From positions 1 to 25,557 of the forward strand of contig JBBQGO010000001.1 in assembly GCA_038323125.1 (NCBI GenBank): DNA of 25,557 bases, read 5' to 3'. How positions within the stretch are numbered: the stretch's first letter is position 1; every line of letters begins with the position of its first letter. Shown here in pieces: positions 23,750-25,557 of this stretch. The translations under genes and the position numbers were made by a program. This DNA comes from Pyrinomonadales bacterium. GTDB taxonomy: Bacteria > Acidobacteriota > Blastocatellia > Pyrinomonadales > Pyrinomonadaceae. The notes beneath the pieces are model-generated. The model was not told where the DNA came from and did no database searches. It saw nothing but the letters and a program-made list of their open reading frames with translations.

Positions 23750-25557
23750 ATGAAAAAGTTATTGCCGTACGACCGACATCGCGTCGTGTTGTCGGTGTTA
23801 GGATTTTGTTTGTTGATCGGCCTCGTTTTGAGCTACTCCGAGCAGGGGACCATGGCCGGCCCCGAGGGTGAAACCGGTACTCTCGAAAAATTGATCGTGG
23901 CTAACGGCACCGTTGCGATGGATATTGATTTGAACCGGCTTAGCGGGGTCAGGGCCGCAGCTTCCCAGAATACAATTCGTTTCACGGCGGTGCCGGATAC
24001 CTTCTTTAGGGTTCTAGTCTTTAACGATGAGGTCCGTGGAGCTTTGCCGAGCTCTATGGAACTGGTCCCGGAGGGTACTGCCCCGCTTCCTCCAAAACTA
24101 ATGTCCTCCTACGATCAACTCGTGGTTGAGAGCATGCCGTACGGCGGCCCCTACGAACTCGCCGTGCGCGATGCGAAGTCAGGTTTCATTTTCTTCAATA
24201 TAGAGGGCCATAATTTCGAATATGATCCTGAGGGCCGGGCCCTTAGCGTTCAGGGCGGACGGCTGTTGCTATCACCGGAATTTGCTGCTGAACTGGGACG
24301 TTCCTCCGAGAGCGGATCAGTAGTTGGAAATATCGCGATCTCAGCAACCATGCGACCGATCGAGGTAACGAGGGTTGTCGACGGGGAAGTTACATCCGAC
24401 ACGCTCCCTGCCGACGGCGGCACCGATAATGGGACTGTTCCGGGACCCGACGTCATCGTAGGTGACCTTATCGGCCTGGCACAGTTCGGCAGCGCCAGTG
24501 GCACGCAGGTTGGACTTGCCATTGGAACCGATTCGTGTAACGCAGGCACTATCGACCTGAACTGGTTTGCCAATCCTAACAACGACCATCCGGTCATTCC
24601 ACAAAGCCTATATAGAATGAGCGGTGGGCCTTCGAACAACGAACGATTCGAACAGATCGGCCAGTCAAGTGTCAAGCATGCATTCACGGCGCTAACTCAG
24701 AATCTTTGCCAATTTGGATGTAATGGCGTTGGTGGTTCCAGACTAGGTTCCGGATGTTCCGATCCGTATTCGGCCAGTCTCAATTCGGGTCCGAATCTTG
24801 GCTCGAAGGCGTGGATCAATCCTTTTACCGGAGCGTATCCGCGTAATGATTCGGCAACGCCGAACAATAGTCATACCGGTCATACGCACACTGGCACTTC
24901 GCACCGGGTTCTTACTGAAACCAGCGATCTAAATACCGCTTTGAACCCGGGCGCGACCTATTACGGGGAAGCACAGTACGTTACGCCGCATGAATATGCA
25001 TGGTGCCAAGCCAATCCTACGCAGTGCAATATGTACAATAACGTTTCGTACAGACGATACAATGTAACGGGAACCACTTGCGCTCCCGGGTCTTCGTCGT
25101 GCTACAGTTTTCCTGCAGCCGCATCGACGGTTCGAACCCAACGAGCCATTTCTGCCTGGACGGGAGCGACCCTTGTCGAGATCAAACCGGCGCCCGGTGT
25201 TGACGGCGTCGGCGTGGTGGCATACAAAGTAACGAATACGTCACCCGGTGTTTGGCACTATGAGTACGCTATCTATAATGAAAGCCTCGATCGTGCCATC
25301 CAGTCGTTCAGCATACCGACGGGCCAGGGTGTAACGTTTAGCAATCTTGGTTTTCACGCTCCTCCTCAACATCCGGGCTGGACAGGTGACGGCACCGTGG
25401 GTAATGCAGGATTTAGCAGTACGCCGTGGACGGCAAATGTGGCGGAGACGGCTCTGACATGGAATACGGAGACTGTTGCTCAGAATCCTAACGCCAATGC
25501 CATTCGCTGGGGGACGATGTACAATTTCCGGTTTGATTCGAACCGGCCTCCCGTATC
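23750..25557 (+). CDS. Large secreted Cys/His-containing protein (>602 aa, 3'-truncated; not in the ORF track) with a possible lysyl-oxidase-like domain
   Basis: ATG after SD AGGAG; no stop to the window end by manual translation. Signal/TM MKKLLPYDRHRVVLSVLGFCLLIGLVLS. Motifs PDVI, CNAGTIDL, KHAF, GSGCSDPY, HTGHTH, WHYEYA and NANAIRWGTMYNFRFDS. The CDS call is firm; the LOX call is inference. Confidence 0.85.
   Translation, partial: MKKLLPYDRHRVVLSVLGFCLLIGLVLSYSEQGTMAGPEGETGTLEKLIVANGTVAMDIDLNRLSGVRAAASQNTIRFTAVPDTFFRVLVFNDEVRGALPSSMELVPEGTAPLPPKLMSSYDQLVVESMPYGGPYELAVRDAKSGFIFFNIEGHNFEYDPEGRALSVQGGRLLLSPEFAAELGRSSESGSVVGNIAISATMRPIEVTRVVDGEVTSDTLPADGGTDNGTVPGPDVIVGDLIGLAQFGSASGTQVGLAIGTDSCNAGTIDLNWFANPNNDHPVIPQSLYRMSGGPSNNERFEQIGQSSVKHAFTALTQNLCQFGCNGVGGSRLGSGCSDPYSASLNSGPNLGSKAWINPFTGAYPRNDSATPNNSHTGHTHTGTSHRVLTETSDLNTALNPGATYYGEAQYVTPHEYAWCQANPTQCNMYNNVSYRRYNVTGTTCAPGSSSCYSFPAAASTVRTQRAISAWTGATLVEIKPAPGVDGVGVVAYKVTNTSPGVWHYEYAIYNESLDRAIQSFSIPTGQGVTFSNLGFHAPPQHPGWTGDGTVGNAGFSSTPWTANVAETALTWNTETVAQNPNANAIRWGTMYNFRFDSNRPPV

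Overview
A ~55% GC chromosomal window, probably from Acidobacteriota (Blastocatellia/Pyrinomonadaceae-like; inferred from gene content and protein style, not from a marker gene). It opens with a complete Rod-complex operon (5'-truncated mreB, mreC, mreD, mrdA/PBP2, rodA) followed by a class A PBP (PBP1A). Between the converging PBP1A and esterase genes lies a ~517 bp cassette: a frameshifted four-helix-bundle (23S-IVS/Avd-like) gene enclosed by inverted arrays of the heptamer AAGGATG/CATCCTT that pair in register. The middle holds housekeeping and envelope/redox genes: esterase, lipoprotein, lipB, a CxxW redoxin, a PepSY-TM protein, an MBL hydrolase, bshB1, a J-domain protein, a HI0933-family flavoprotein, DinB, a PliG-like protein, YceI and a VanX/DdpX D-Ala-D-Ala dipeptidase broken by an in-frame amber codon. 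It also has dispersed CACAGAT repeats, an AT-rich repeat-laden gap between convergent genes and a candidate small RNA. At the right end a membrane polyferredoxin-TPR gene is divergent from a long secreted protein (23750 to past the window end, absent from the ORF track). Its central domain lines up motif by motif with the lysyl oxidase catalytic domain, including the Lys and Tyr that form the LTQ cofactor, but its His cluster is displaced. The strongest leads are the heptamer-armed cassette and this possible LOX-like/polyferredoxin system. All homology calls were made by eye from motifs; no searches were run.
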